DNA of 64,000 bases. Source: Oscillospiraceae bacterium. Lineage in GTDB: Bacteria > Bacillota > Clostridia > Oscillospirales > Ruminococcaceae. The DNA lies in assembly GCA_018434245.1 (NCBI GenBank), contig JAHDPQ010000003.1:10972-74971 (forward strand), read 5' to 3'. Both the position numbers and the translations under genes were made by a program. Shown in pieces: positions 8,672-17,884 of the stretch. Position 1 is the first letter of the stretch. Each line of letters begins with the position of its first letter. The notes under the pieces are model-generated. The model saw nothing but the letters and a program-made list of their open reading frames with translations. It was not told the DNA's origin and made no database searches.

Positions 8672-10777
8672 TTATTCGTAAACTTCCTGAATCACCGGCA
8701 GAATCATGGGACTGCGCTTAGTCACCTGCCAGAAGTAATCGGAAAGATCATCTCGCACTTTCTGCTTTAGGGTTCCCCACTCCCGAGTGTTTTTGTTGAT
8801 GCACCCTTGAATGGAAGCCTTGGCGATGGTCTCGGCCCTGTCGATCATATCCTCCGACTCCCGGACATAGACAAATCCCCGGGACACAATGTCGGGTCCG
8901 GCAAGAATCTTACCCGAGCGTCCATCTACTGTGGTGACCACTACAATCAGCCCGTCCTCGGCCAGATGCTTGCGGTCCCGCAGCACCACGCTGCCCACAT
9001 CGCCTACGCCCAAGCCGTCCACCAGCACCTTACCGGAGGTCACGGTGTCCACAATGCCGATGCTGTCGCCGCTAATCTCAATCACCTTGCCCAGATCCCC
9101 GATGAGGACACACTTGGGATCCAGCCCCATAGAAACCGCAGTTTCCGCATGCTTCTTCAGATGCTTAAACTCCCCGTGCATGGGCAGGAAGAACTTGGGC
9201 CGGGTGAGAGCCAGCATCATCTTCTGCTCATCCTGACAGGCGTGGCCCGAAACGTGAATATCGAACATCTTCTCATAAACCACCTGAGCTCCCAGCTTAA
9301 GCAGCTCGTTGATCACCTTGGTGACCAGCTTTTCGTTGCCGGGAATCGGGCTTGCGGAAATGATGATGCAGTCCTGTTCCCCCACCGTCACCTTGCGGTG
9401 ATCGCCCATGGCCATCCGAGTCAGAGCGCTCATGGGCTCTCCCTGACTTCCGGTGGTGACAATCACCATCTGTTCGGGAGGATACTTGTTGGCGGCGTTG
9501 ATGTCCACCAAAATCCCCGAGGGAATGTCCAGATAGCCGATTTCCAAAGCCTTGTTGATGACGTTTTCCATGCTGCGGCCCTGGACCGCCACCTTCCGCT
9601 TGTACCGGACGGCAGCGTCCAGAATCTGCTGCACCCGGTGAACGTTGGAGGAAAAGGTTGCCACAATGATCCGCTTGTCCATGGCGGAGGCAAAGAGCTT
9701 GTCAAAGCTGACTCCCACCGTCCGCTCGCTTTGGGCAAACCCGGGGCGCTCCGAGTTGGTGGAGTCTGACAGCAGTGCCAGTACACCCTTGCTGCCCAGC
9801 TCGCCAAAGCGGGCAAGGTCGATAATCTCCCCCTTGATGGGAGTAAAGTCCACCTTAAAGTCTCCGGTATGGATGATGACACCCGCCGGAGTGTGAACGG
9901 CCAGAGCGCAGGCATCGGGGATGGAGTGGTTGACATTGATAAACTCCACGCTGTTCCAGCCCATCCGCACGGTGTCCCCCGGCTTTACCACATTGAGCTG
10001 AACCCGGCCCAGCAGGTTGTGCTCCTTGAGCTTTCCTTCAATGAGGGCAATGGTCAGCTTGGTGGCATAAACCGGAAACCTGGCCTGCTTGAGCAGGTAG
10101 GGCAAGCTGCCGATGTGGTCCTCGTGTCCGTGGGTGATGAAGATACCCTTGATCTTGTCCTTGTGTTCCAGCACATAGGAAAAATCGGGAATCACCAGAT
10201 CCACGCCGGGCATGCTTTCGTCGGGGAAGGTAAGGCCACAGTCGATGATGAAGCTTTCCCCCGCCGATTCGATCACAGTGATGTTCTTTCCCACTTCCCC
10301 AAGCCCGCCCAAAGGAACGATCCGCACGCTGGGACCTTTCTTCTCCGTCTTGCGGCCCCGGGTCTTGGCTGCAGTCCCACCGGACGCAGTCGTCTTCTTC
10401 TTGGTCTGGGTTTTGGCAGCGGTCTTTTTAGGAGCAGGCTCCGCCTTCTTCTGAGTCTGAGCCGGGCCTTCCTTCTTTTTGGCTGCCGACTGCTTCTGGT
10501 TGCGGGAAGCCTGCTTTTTGGCCTGCTCCTGCAACTTCTGCTCCGCCTCCTGTGGAGAGGTCTGTGTCTGAGCTTGGGCAGGAGTGGTTTTTCTGGGTCT
10601 GCCCCGCTTTTTGGGAGCCGCCTCCGCCTTGGGAGTTTCCTGCGCCTTTTGCTGTGCAGGCTGAGTCTGTACCTTTTTGACAGCCCCCGCCCCGCCTTTT
10701 GCAGCCCGGGCCTTGCCCTGACGTCCTGTCCCCTTGGGGGTGGACTCCGGCTGCTTGTTGTCGTTTTGATTCGGCAC
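8672..10777 (-). CDS. rnj: Ribonuclease J with ~150 aa basic low-complexity N-terminal extension
   Basis: PLGGLGEVGKN, THGHEDHIG, HTGDFK, DSTN, HVSGHA, PMHGE motifs; GTG start after GAGG. Confidence 0.93.
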   Translation of the reverse strand: MPNQNDNKQPESTPKGTGRQGKARAAKGGAGAVKKVQTQPAQQKAQETPKAEAAPKKRGRPRKTTPAQAQTQTSPQEAEQKLQEQAKKQASRNQKQSAAKKKEGPAQTQKKAEPAPKKTAAKTQTKKKTTASGGTAAKTRGRKTEKKGPSVRIVPLGGLGEVGKNITVIESAGESFIIDCGLTFPDESMPGVDLVIPDFSYVLEHKDKIKGIFITHGHEDHIGSLPYLLKQARFPVYATKLTIALIEGKLKEHNLLGRVQLNVVKPGDTVRMGWNSVEFINVNHSIPDACALAVHTPAGVIIHTGDFKVDFTPIKGEIIDLARFGELGSKGVLALLSDSTNSERPGFAQSERTVGVSFDKLFASAMDKRIIVATFSSNVHRVQQILDAAVRYKRKVAVQGRSMENVINKALEIGYLDIPSGILVDINAANKYPPEQMVIVTTGSQGEPMSALTRMAMGDHRKVTVGEQDCIIISASPIPGNEKLVTKVINELLKLGAQVVYEKMFDIHVSGHACQDEQKMMLALTRPKFFLPMHGEFKHLKKHAETAVSMGLDPKCVLIGDLGKVIEISGDSIGIVDTVTSGKVLVDGLGVGDVGSVVLRDRKHLAEDGLIVVVTTVDGRSGKILAGPDIVSRGFVYVRESEDMIDRAETIAKASIQGCINKNTREWGTLKQKVRDDLSDYFWQVTKRSPMILPVIQEVYE

Positions 10778-11258
10778 GTTATATAACCTCGTTTCCCGGG
10801 TGCTTTCCGCACCCTAAAATTCAATAGTAGATGAGACCATGCCCCTTCTGACAGATGCCGGAATCTATTCCCGACGCGGACTGCAGGCACAGTCAGGGAG
10901 CCGAATCAGCACCGGAAAAAAGCCCCGGTCACCGCCGGAGGGCCCCCGCTTTTCCTGATTCAACCAAACCCTATGTATAGGACGACCACCCTTTCGGCTG
11001 CCGCCCTTCAAGCAGGAAAACAACGCCCAACGCCACGATGGAATACGGCGGCGCGAGCTGCTTTCCGCAATCATGCAATTGTAATATCCGTACATGCCCT
11101 GGCGCGCAAAGTCGCAAGTTCTTTGCAGGCAGGTTTCCTGGTAATTTTCTCCTCACACCGCCCTGGAGAAAAACAGGCTGACCACCCTACGCCAATGGCA
11201 TCGTATCCGCAACTGATAGGCACACAAGGGCCTATCATTACAGCTGCATTATTATACT

Positions 11259-11287
11259 AATTGTATAGCACCTGCATTTTTTTGTCA
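11259..11287 (-). promoter_or_regulatory. SigA-type promoter ~480 nt upstream of rnj
   Basis: Minus strand TTGACA-17 bp-TACAAT, followed by a second TATAAT; the -35 overlaps the stop codon of the upstream gene. Confidence 0.55.
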
Positions 11288-13615
11288 AGAGATTCCCTTG
11301 GGGCCGGAGGACTCTGCCCCATTGGCAGCCTGCTGCTTCATGGCCCGGCGGAGCAGTTCTTCCATGCTGTCGCAAAGCTCCCGGGCTGTCTCGCTGCTGG
11401 CCGCCTCCGCCAAAATCCGCACCCCGTCTCCTCTTTTCAAAGGCTTGAGGAGCACAACCCCCCGCTTATCCTCTACCAGAACCCCTTCGGTGATGACGCC
11501 GGGCTGGTGTCGGCTCACCTGCCGCAGCAGAGCGGCAGAGCCTCCGGGCTTCGTTTCCAGTGTACGGCTGGCCACATCAAAACCTTTGTATCGCTCCAGC
11601 AGCTTGGAGACCCCTCCCCAGCGCTGGGCCAGATGGAGAAACATCACGGTCTGCATCAGAGCATCCCGGTTCCAAAGCTGAGTTTTAGCTAGCTTGCGGG
11701 CTTTTTCGTCGCTGTTGTCCGCCGGAGTGTCCAGATAGCGCAGAACCTTTCGGCCCATCTCCGCCGCCATGGAGTCAATGGTTCGGGGAGCATCGTAGGG
11801 CAGAGCCACATCCAGGCCCCGTTCCATTTCCCCGGCAGCACACATCGCCAGAATCGTATGGCCCCGCACCGTCCCCGCCGAAGGCTCGAAGATTCGCAGC
11901 CGGTCCCCCTGCTCGGAAATTTCCACCGTCAATTCTCCTTCTCCGCAGCCCAGCTTTTCCAGGGTCTCCCGCAGCAGGGATTGGATGGCCACATTCTGGC
12001 TGCGAACCCGCCCCTCCAGCCCGGATAATCCCCCGGGAGCCAGGCGCATGAGATGGGAGCGGTAGAGGGCCCCCACCCCCGACATATCCACCCGGTCTCC
12101 CATGCCGTCGTAAGAACAGCGGACAAATTCTCCCCGGGCCAGCATTCCTTCGATGTTGCGCTCGATCTGCCGGGTGGCAGGCAGCCCTTCAGTCAGTACC
12201 TGCAGGCAGGCCCGGCTATCCCCCCGGATAAACACGCCGACTTCGATGGCGCAGAAGTTCATGGAAAACTCAAACTGGGAGGCAAAATTGGAGCCGAAGT
12301 CCACCACATGGGCTCCGGTGGAGCGAATCCCCGCTGTCAGAGCATCCTTGAGCACCTCGGAGCTGCGGTGAGTACTAGAGCCTACGGCAATGCGGGCTCC
12401 GGGATTGAGGCTTCCCACCGCCGCCCCCACCCGGGCGCAGAATTCGGGGGTAAGCTCCACCCCCACCTGCCCCGAAATGCCATCGTCGCCAAAGAAAAAG
12501 CGGCTATCGCCCCCCACCTTGACATGAAGGGTCGCCCGGGAGAAATCTGCCACCTTTTTGCCCGGCCAGATTTTAATCCCGGCGGCTACGCTGGCCTGTT
12601 CTCCCACCACTGCCCCCGCCCCCACAGTAGAGCCTTCAAAGAGCATGGCCCCCGCCTTGACGGAAGCTCCGGCGCAGACAAGGCTGCCGGTGAGGGTGGC
12701 TCCCCGGGCGATGTGGGCTCCCTGCAGTACCACGCTGCCGGTGATTCGCGCTCCCCGGCCCACGGTGCAGCCGTCGTCCAGAACGCTTCCTGCTTCAATG
12801 AGAGCATCGTCCTCCAACACCACGTTTTTGCCGATGTAGACCGGCTGCTGAATTTTCACCCCTGTGGGACGGCCTGTCACCGGCCCCATTTCGGGAAGGC
12901 TGCACTTTACCCTGCCGTGGAGCATATCCCGCTGGCAGGAGATGTAGGTGTCCAAATCTCCGATGTCGCACCAGTAGCCCTGCCCCTCCCAGCAGTGAAG
13001 TGTTTCCCCTCGGCTGAGGAGGAGGGGGAACAGGTCCCGGGCAAAGTCGAAGCTTTCTCCATGGGGAATCAGCGCCAGCGCCCGTTTGGAAAGCATGTAG
13101 ATGCCGGTGTTAGCCAGATCGCTCACCGCTTGGGAAAAGGCTGGCTTCTCGATGAATCCGGCCACCTTCCCCGTATCATCCACGTCAATCAACCCGTATT
13201 CCCGGGGATCCTCCACCTGTTTTCCCAGAATGGTGACGGCGGCTCCCCCTTTCTTATGGTAGGCGGCAAAGGCTGCCAGATCAAAGTCACAGAGGGCATC
13301 TCCGCTGATGATGAGGATGTTGTCGTCCTCGGGTTGGCAGGCGTTTTTTACGCCCCCCGCCGTCCCCAGAGGGGAGGTTTCCTCTACAAAATCGAGCTTG
13401 ATTCCCTTGTAAGTTCCCTCGGGAAAGTGTTCCACAATCTGCCCCGGCAGGTACCGCAGGGTGAGAGCGGCTTCCCGGATACCGTGAAGCGCCAGCAAAT
13501 CTAAAATATATTCCAGCATGGGGCGTCCGCACAGGCGGGCCATGGGCTTGGGCATATCACAGGTGAGGGGACGCAGGCGGCTGCCCTCTCCTCCCGCCAT
13601 AATGACCGCTTTCAT
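11285..13615 (-). CDS. Sugar-phosphate nucleotidyltransferase (mannose-1-P guanylyltransferase-like) with hexapeptide repeats, fused to a degenerate phosphohexomutase-like region
   Basis: MKAVIMAGGEGSRLRPLT, PLGTAGGV, EKP, GYWCDIG, LbH repeats, then FFGDDGISG at the start of a PMM/PGM-like region. Confidence 0.85.
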   Translation of the reverse strand: MKAVIMAGGEGSRLRPLTCDMPKPMARLCGRPMLEYILDLLALHGIREAALTLRYLPGQIVEHFPEGTYKGIKLDFVEETSPLGTAGGVKNACQPEDDNILIISGDALCDFDLAAFAAYHKKGGAAVTILGKQVEDPREYGLIDVDDTGKVAGFIEKPAFSQAVSDLANTGIYMLSKRALALIPHGESFDFARDLFPLLLSRGETLHCWEGQGYWCDIGDLDTYISCQRDMLHGRVKCSLPEMGPVTGRPTGVKIQQPVYIGKNVVLEDDALIEAGSVLDDGCTVGRGARITGSVVLQGAHIARGATLTGSLVCAGASVKAGAMLFEGSTVGAGAVVGEQASVAAGIKIWPGKKVADFSRATLHVKVGGDSRFFFGDDGISGQVGVELTPEFCARVGAAVGSLNPGARIAVGSSTHRSSEVLKDALTAGIRSTGAHVVDFGSNFASQFEFSMNFCAIEVGVFIRGDSRACLQVLTEGLPATRQIERNIEGMLARGEFVRCSYDGMGDRVDMSGVGALYRSHLMRLAPGGLSGLEGRVRSQNVAIQSLLRETLEKLGCGEGELTVEISEQGDRLRIFEPSAGTVRGHTILAMCAAGEMERGLDVALPYDAPRTIDSMAAEMGRKVLRYLDTPADNSDEKARKLAKTQLWNRDALMQTVMFLHLAQRWGGVSKLLERYKGFDVASRTLETKPGGSAALLRQVSRHQPGVITEGVLVEDKRGVVLLKPLKRGDGVRILAEAASSETARELCDSMEELLRRAMKQQAANGAESSGPKGIS

Positions 13616-13946
13616 TGATCAACCATCCCTTCCAGCAAATTCTGTTGAGATTATTGGCATAATGGGTGGGCTTTAGTCAGCAAAGCGGGAGGCTGCCCCA
13701 TCCCGACGGGATTCTTTTATAGAAAAGCAGCGCAGGAGAACACGGGGGAACGGAAGGGCCTTTCCCCTATAAAAAGGCACTCGAAACAGGTGAACATTCT
13801 CGCCAGATAGAAAAGTATGTAAAGTATGTAGGATGTAACAAAAAATCAGCTATTTTAATTGATTTCGTTTGGTATTTTTAATAGTTTTTATAGTGTTTTG
13901 GCATCGAAAAAAATAGAATTTTGGAAATATTAACCTTTTTTCTAAA

Positions 13947-13975
13947 TTGACAAACCAATCAGCCCTGTCTATAAT
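13947..13975 (+). promoter_or_regulatory. Consensus SigA promoter
   Basis: TTGACA-17 bp-TATAAT, 63 nt upstream of the G5/3D gene. Confidence 0.8.
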
Positions 13976-14038
13976 GACCTTGCTTTGGTAAGCATGGGTT
14001 TTGACCATTGTCCATCCCCATGCCAAAAGGAGAGTTTT

Positions 14039-15073
14039 ATGTCAAGTAAGAGACGACACGCTCTGCGGGAAGCTCTCACCTCTCGCAGAGGACGTATCGC
14101 AATTGTGGCTCTGCTCCTCGTATTGGGAACGGCAGTAGGCGTTAGCGCCTACCGGGGTAAGCTGAACAGCACTGCCCCCTCCAAGCCGGTCACTTTGGAG
14201 GAAATGGAGCGTAGCGGTCGAATCGTTCTCGCCTACGACCACGACGAGGATGATCTGGGCACCATGCTGGACCTGCAGGCAGAGCGGTACTATACCGTCG
14301 CTGTAGTGGCAGATGGCCTGGAGCACGAGGTGCGGGTAACCCGCACCGATACGGTAGACGAAATTTTAAAGCGGGCCAAGGTAACACTGGGCCCGGAGGA
14401 CGACATGAGCCACTTCCCCGGCCGGACGGTAAACCCCGGGGACCGAATCGTAGTGGAGCGCTGGTCCCGGGATACTATCACCGAGGAAAACGTGGTTCCC
14501 TTCGAAACGGAAGAAATTGCTTCTTCTCTGCTAAAGCCGGGCAAGAAGCAGGTGGTTTATGAAGGCAAGGACGGTCTGGCCCTGCAAACCTATGAGCGGG
14601 TTCTGCGAGACGGTGTGGTGGTAGAACAAACCCTGACTGAAGAAACCGTATTGCAGCCTTCCGTTCCCCAGCGGGTTCTGGTGGGAACCAACCGTGCCCC
14701 CATTTCCCCCCTCGACTTTGAGTGGGAACTGGACGAAAACGGCGTGCCTGTGGACTACCAAGCCGTGCTGGAAAAACAGCGGGCAGCAGGCTACAGTGCA
14801 AAGCCGGGAGCAGGCACTGCCTGTGGCTACCTCAAGGCGGCGGTGGGGCATGTGGCGGTCAATCCCAAAGAGATTCCCTACGGCTCCAAGCTGTACATTC
14901 GCAGCGCCGACGGCCGATTCGTCTACGGATACGCCATTGCGGCAGATACTGGTACCGGTCTGATGCAAGACATCATCGACGTAGACCTGTTTTACCAAAC
15001 CTATGACGAAAGTTGCCTTAACGGTATGCGTCAGGTGGAGATCTACATCCTGGAATACCCCAAGCAAAAGTAG
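14039..15073 (+). CDS. Membrane-anchored G5 + 3D domain cell-wall protein (YabE/Sps-like)
   Basis: N-terminal TM, G5-like EENVVPFETEE..GKDG, C-terminal 3D motifs VAVNPKEIPYGSKLYI, AIAADTG, DVDLF; ATG at 14039 after AGGAG. Confidence 0.8.
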   Translation: MSSKRRHALREALTSRRGRIAIVALLLVLGTAVGVSAYRGKLNSTAPSKPVTLEEMERSGRIVLAYDHDEDDLGTMLDLQAERYYTVAVVADGLEHEVRVTRTDTVDEILKRAKVTLGPEDDMSHFPGRTVNPGDRIVVERWSRDTITEENVVPFETEEIASSLLKPGKKQVVYEGKDGLALQTYERVLRDGVVVEQTLTEETVLQPSVPQRVLVGTNRAPISPLDFEWELDENGVPVDYQAVLEKQRAAGYSAKPGAGTACGYLKAAVGHVAVNPKEIPYGSKLYIRSADGRFVYGYAIAADTGTGLMQDIIDVDLFYQTYDESCLNGMRQVEIYILEYPKQK

Positions 15074-15114
15074 TTATTTCTTATCATATAGTCATAATAT
15101 GTACGCCAAAGCAT

Positions 15115-15147
15115 AAAAGAGCGCAGAACAAAGTCTGCGCTCTTTTT
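15115..15147 (+). terminator. Rho-independent terminator
   Basis: AAAAGAGCGCAGA-6 nt-TCTGCGCTCTTTT followed by T. Confidence 0.8.
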
Positions 15148-15297
15148 CTATTGGGCGGTGAGCTGCTTTACAAAAGCAACTGCAAACCCGCTATTGTTCC
15201 CCGGGATAAAACATGCTATAATGACTAAAAATTCGGGCCGGGCGGCACAAGCTCTACCAGAACATCCTCTGCCCAAGGCCCGGTTGGGACGTACTAT

Positions 15298-16080
15298 ATG
15301 TCAAAGATGAGTTCTGCCGCCCCATTTTCCAACCTGATCCGCCTGCTGTTTACCCTCGGTTTTGGGCTTTGCCTTTTGTTTGGGCTAACTCCCCCTTTGC
15401 TCTACGGCATCTGGAACAGCGGCGTGGCGGCCTTGCTGTTGACCGCACCGCTTCTGTTATTCCTTTCCCGAATGTGGAAGGTTCTGCCCTGGGGAGTCCG
15501 GCGGGGAATCGCCCTTTTTTTATTGCCGTTGGTGGTCGCTGCTACCATCCTTTCTATGGCCATGGCCCATCAGGCATGGTTTTCCCCTCCGCCACCGTCA
15601 CAGTCTTTGCCGGTGGTGGTGCTGGGCGGGGGCATCCGTGGGGACCGACCCTCTCTCATGCTGGCCCGAAGGCTCCGCGCCGCCGCCCTCTATTTAGAGG
15701 AGCACCCTCAGGCCATCTGTGTGGTCAGCGGAGGGCAGGGACAGGATGAGGATTACCCCGAAGCTCAGGTGATGGCCGCCTATCTGGAGGAGCTGGGAAT
15801 CCCCTCTCAACGGATTCTGCAGGAGGTCTGCTCCTCCAACACCCAGGAAAATCTGACCTTTTCCTGGGAGGTGCTGGAAGAAGTTCTGCCTCATTTGGAG
15901 GAAATATCCATTGCCACCGATGGCTTTCATCAGCTGCGGGCAGCCTTTTATGCTTCCCATATGGGGCTGAAAGCCTACTCTATCCCTTCTCCCACCCCTT
16001 GGGGGCTGCTGCCCAGCTACTGGCTACGGGAATGGATGGCCCTTCCGGTGGCGTGGGTTACCGCAAACTTTGCAAAATAA
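15298..16080 (+). CDS. YdcF/DUF218 family membrane protein
   Basis: N-terminal TMs, VVLGGG, VSGGQG..EAQVMAAYL, SSNTQENL, IATDGFHQLRA, YWLRE. Confidence 0.85.
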   Translation: MSKMSSAAPFSNLIRLLFTLGFGLCLLFGLTPPLLYGIWNSGVAALLLTAPLLLFLSRMWKVLPWGVRRGIALFLLPLVVAATILSMAMAHQAWFSPPPPSQSLPVVVLGGGIRGDRPSLMLARRLRAAALYLEEHPQAICVVSGGQGQDEDYPEAQVMAAYLEELGIPSQRILQEVCSSNTQENLTFSWEVLEEVLPHLEEISIATDGFHQLRAAFYASHMGLKAYSIPSPTPWGLLPSYWLREWMALPVAWVTANFAK

Positions 16081-16100
16081 CCATGGATAAGGAGAGCCTT

Positions 16101-16625
16101 ATGAAGGGAAATACAACCTTTGTCTTCACTCTTTTGGTAGACAATGAATTTGGTGTTCTCACCCGCATTACCGCCCTGATTCGCCGGGCGGGCTGGAACA
16201 TCCGCTCTCTATCGGTGGCGGAGACCAAAACAACGGAGGTTTCTCGGCTGACCATCTGTCTGGAATGCCGCCACTATACCTTGGAGCAGGTGCTGGACCG
16301 TTTGAGCCGCCTGGATTGTGTGCGGAAAATCCTCCCTTATTCCAAAGAAACACAGGTGGCCCGGGAGCTTGCGCTGCTTCACCTTGAGACAACGGATGAA
16401 GCCGTTTTGCAACAGATTTGCCGGGAGCTGAGCGCCACCCCGCTGGAGCATAAGGGCGGCCACGTCATTTTGTCGGCGGTCTGCGAGGAAGGGCTGTTGG
16501 ACCAGATGCTGCCCTGGCTAAGGGAGCAGGGACTGGTGGACATTGCCCGTACCGGCGCCATTTCTTTGCGCCGCAGCTTAGATTGCAAGGAGGAAGCTTC
16601 CCGTGAAACAGCCTGTTCCCAATAA
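16101..16625 (+). CDS. ilvN: Acetolactate synthase small-subunit-like ACT domain protein (divergent; no large subunit in window)
   Basis: LLVDNEFGVLTRI..GWNIRSLSVA, SRLTI, RELALL, IARTGAISL; ATG at 16101 after AAGGAG. Confidence 0.75.
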   Translation: MKGNTTFVFTLLVDNEFGVLTRITALIRRAGWNIRSLSVAETKTTEVSRLTICLECRHYTLEQVLDRLSRLDCVRKILPYSKETQVARELALLHLETTDEAVLQQICRELSATPLEHKGGHVILSAVCEEGLLDQMLPWLREQGLVDIARTGAISLRRSLDCKEEASRETACSQ

Positions 16626-17691
16626 AATCTACCGCATTCTTGTCATCAATCCCGGTTCCACCTCCACCAAGCTGTCGGTGTATGAAAACGAGGAAGAGGT
16701 GGTGGGCCAAAGCTACCGCCATTCCCGCTCCGAGCTGGACGCCGCCGGAAGTGTCTCCAAACAAAAGACCATGCGCGCAAACTACGCCTACAATATGCTC
16801 AACGAGCACGGCATCTCTTTGGACAGTCTGGACGCCGTGGTGGGGCGAGGCGGTTTGGTTCAGCCCATCGATAGCGGAACCTATCTGATCAGCGAGCGGA
16901 TGCTGGCGGATTTGATCAGCTCCACCGCCGAGGTTCACGCCTCCTCCCTGGGGGGAATCATCGCCTACGAAATCGCTGCTCAGGCCGGAGTGCCCGGCTA
17001 CGTGGTGGACCCCATTGTAGTGGATGAGTTGGAGCAGGTGGCCAAGCTCACCGGGTTCCCCGGTATCGAGCGGAGAAGCGTCTTTCACGCCCTCAACCAA
17101 AAGGCAGTGGCCCGGTGCTGCGCCGCCGATATGGGGATGAAATACGAGGATTGCCGCTTTATTGTGGCTCATATGGGTGGCGGTATCACTGTAGGTGCCC
17201 ACCGCTATGGCAGGGTCATTGACGTCAACGACGCCATTGCGGGAGAAGGCCCCTTTACTCCCGAGCGGTGTGGTCAGGTTCCCATCAGTCAGGTAATTTC
17301 CATGTGCTTTTCTGGTGCCTATACGGAAGAGGAGCTTCAGAAGATGACCAGCGGAACCGGAGGAATGTATGCCTATTTGGGCACCAACGACCTGCAAAAA
17401 TGCGAACGGCTCATTCGGGAGGGGGACGAGTACGCCGCTCTGGTACTGGAATCCATGGCCTATCAGGTTGCCAAGGAGATCGGGGCCATGTCCGCCGCTT
17501 TGGAGGGCCGGGTAGACGCCATTATCCTCACCGGAGGCCTTGCCTACTCCACCCGGTTTACCGGAGTGATCAAACAGCGGGCCGGACTGATCGCCCCCAT
17601 CAAGATTTACCCCGGCGAAAATGAAATGCTGGCTCTGGCTCAGGGTGCTCTGCGGGTGCTCCGGGGGGAAGAGCAGCTGCTGACCTACTGA
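16603..17691 (+). CDS. buk: Butyrate kinase / branched-chain carboxylic acid kinase
   Basis: ILVINPGSTSTK, VVGRGG, HASSLGGIIA, HALNQKAVAR, HMGGGITVGAH, GEGPFTPER, YPGENEM; GTG after AGGAGG. Confidence 0.92.
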   Translation: MKQPVPNKIYRILVINPGSTSTKLSVYENEEEVVGQSYRHSRSELDAAGSVSKQKTMRANYAYNMLNEHGISLDSLDAVVGRGGLVQPIDSGTYLISERMLADLISSTAEVHASSLGGIIAYEIAAQAGVPGYVVDPIVVDELEQVAKLTGFPGIERRSVFHALNQKAVARCCAADMGMKYEDCRFIVAHMGGGITVGAHRYGRVIDVNDAIAGEGPFTPERCGQVPISQVISMCFSGAYTEEELQKMTSGTGGMYAYLGTNDLQKCERLIREGDEYAALVLESMAYQVAKEIGAMSAALEGRVDAIILTGGLAYSTRFTGVIKQRAGLIAPIKIYPGENEMLALAQGALRVLRGEEQLLTY

Positions 17692-17727
17692 CCCTCCTGA
17701 TCCGGTTCAGTCTAAAAACGGCATAAC

Positions 17728-17761
17728 AAAAACCACAGGAGCAGTGTTCCTGTGGTTTTTT
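17728..17761. terminator. Bidirectional terminator between buk and rimO
   Basis: AAAAACCACAGGA..TCCTGTGGTTTTT. Confidence 0.75.
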
Positions 17762-17884
17762 GTTGGCTCTGATTCAATATGTGTAATCCAGATATTGGAT
17801 ATGCCCCGGCAGATTGCTTTGGATCGAATTCTTCCTCTTCTTGCAAAGGGGCAGGGGTCCGCTGCATTGGGCAGTCACTTTTCT

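Noticed and set aside
13812-13840. TGTAAA/TGTAAC hexamers upstream of the G5/3D gene as a WalR box
   Set aside because: The spacing does not fit TGTWAH-N5-TGTWAH
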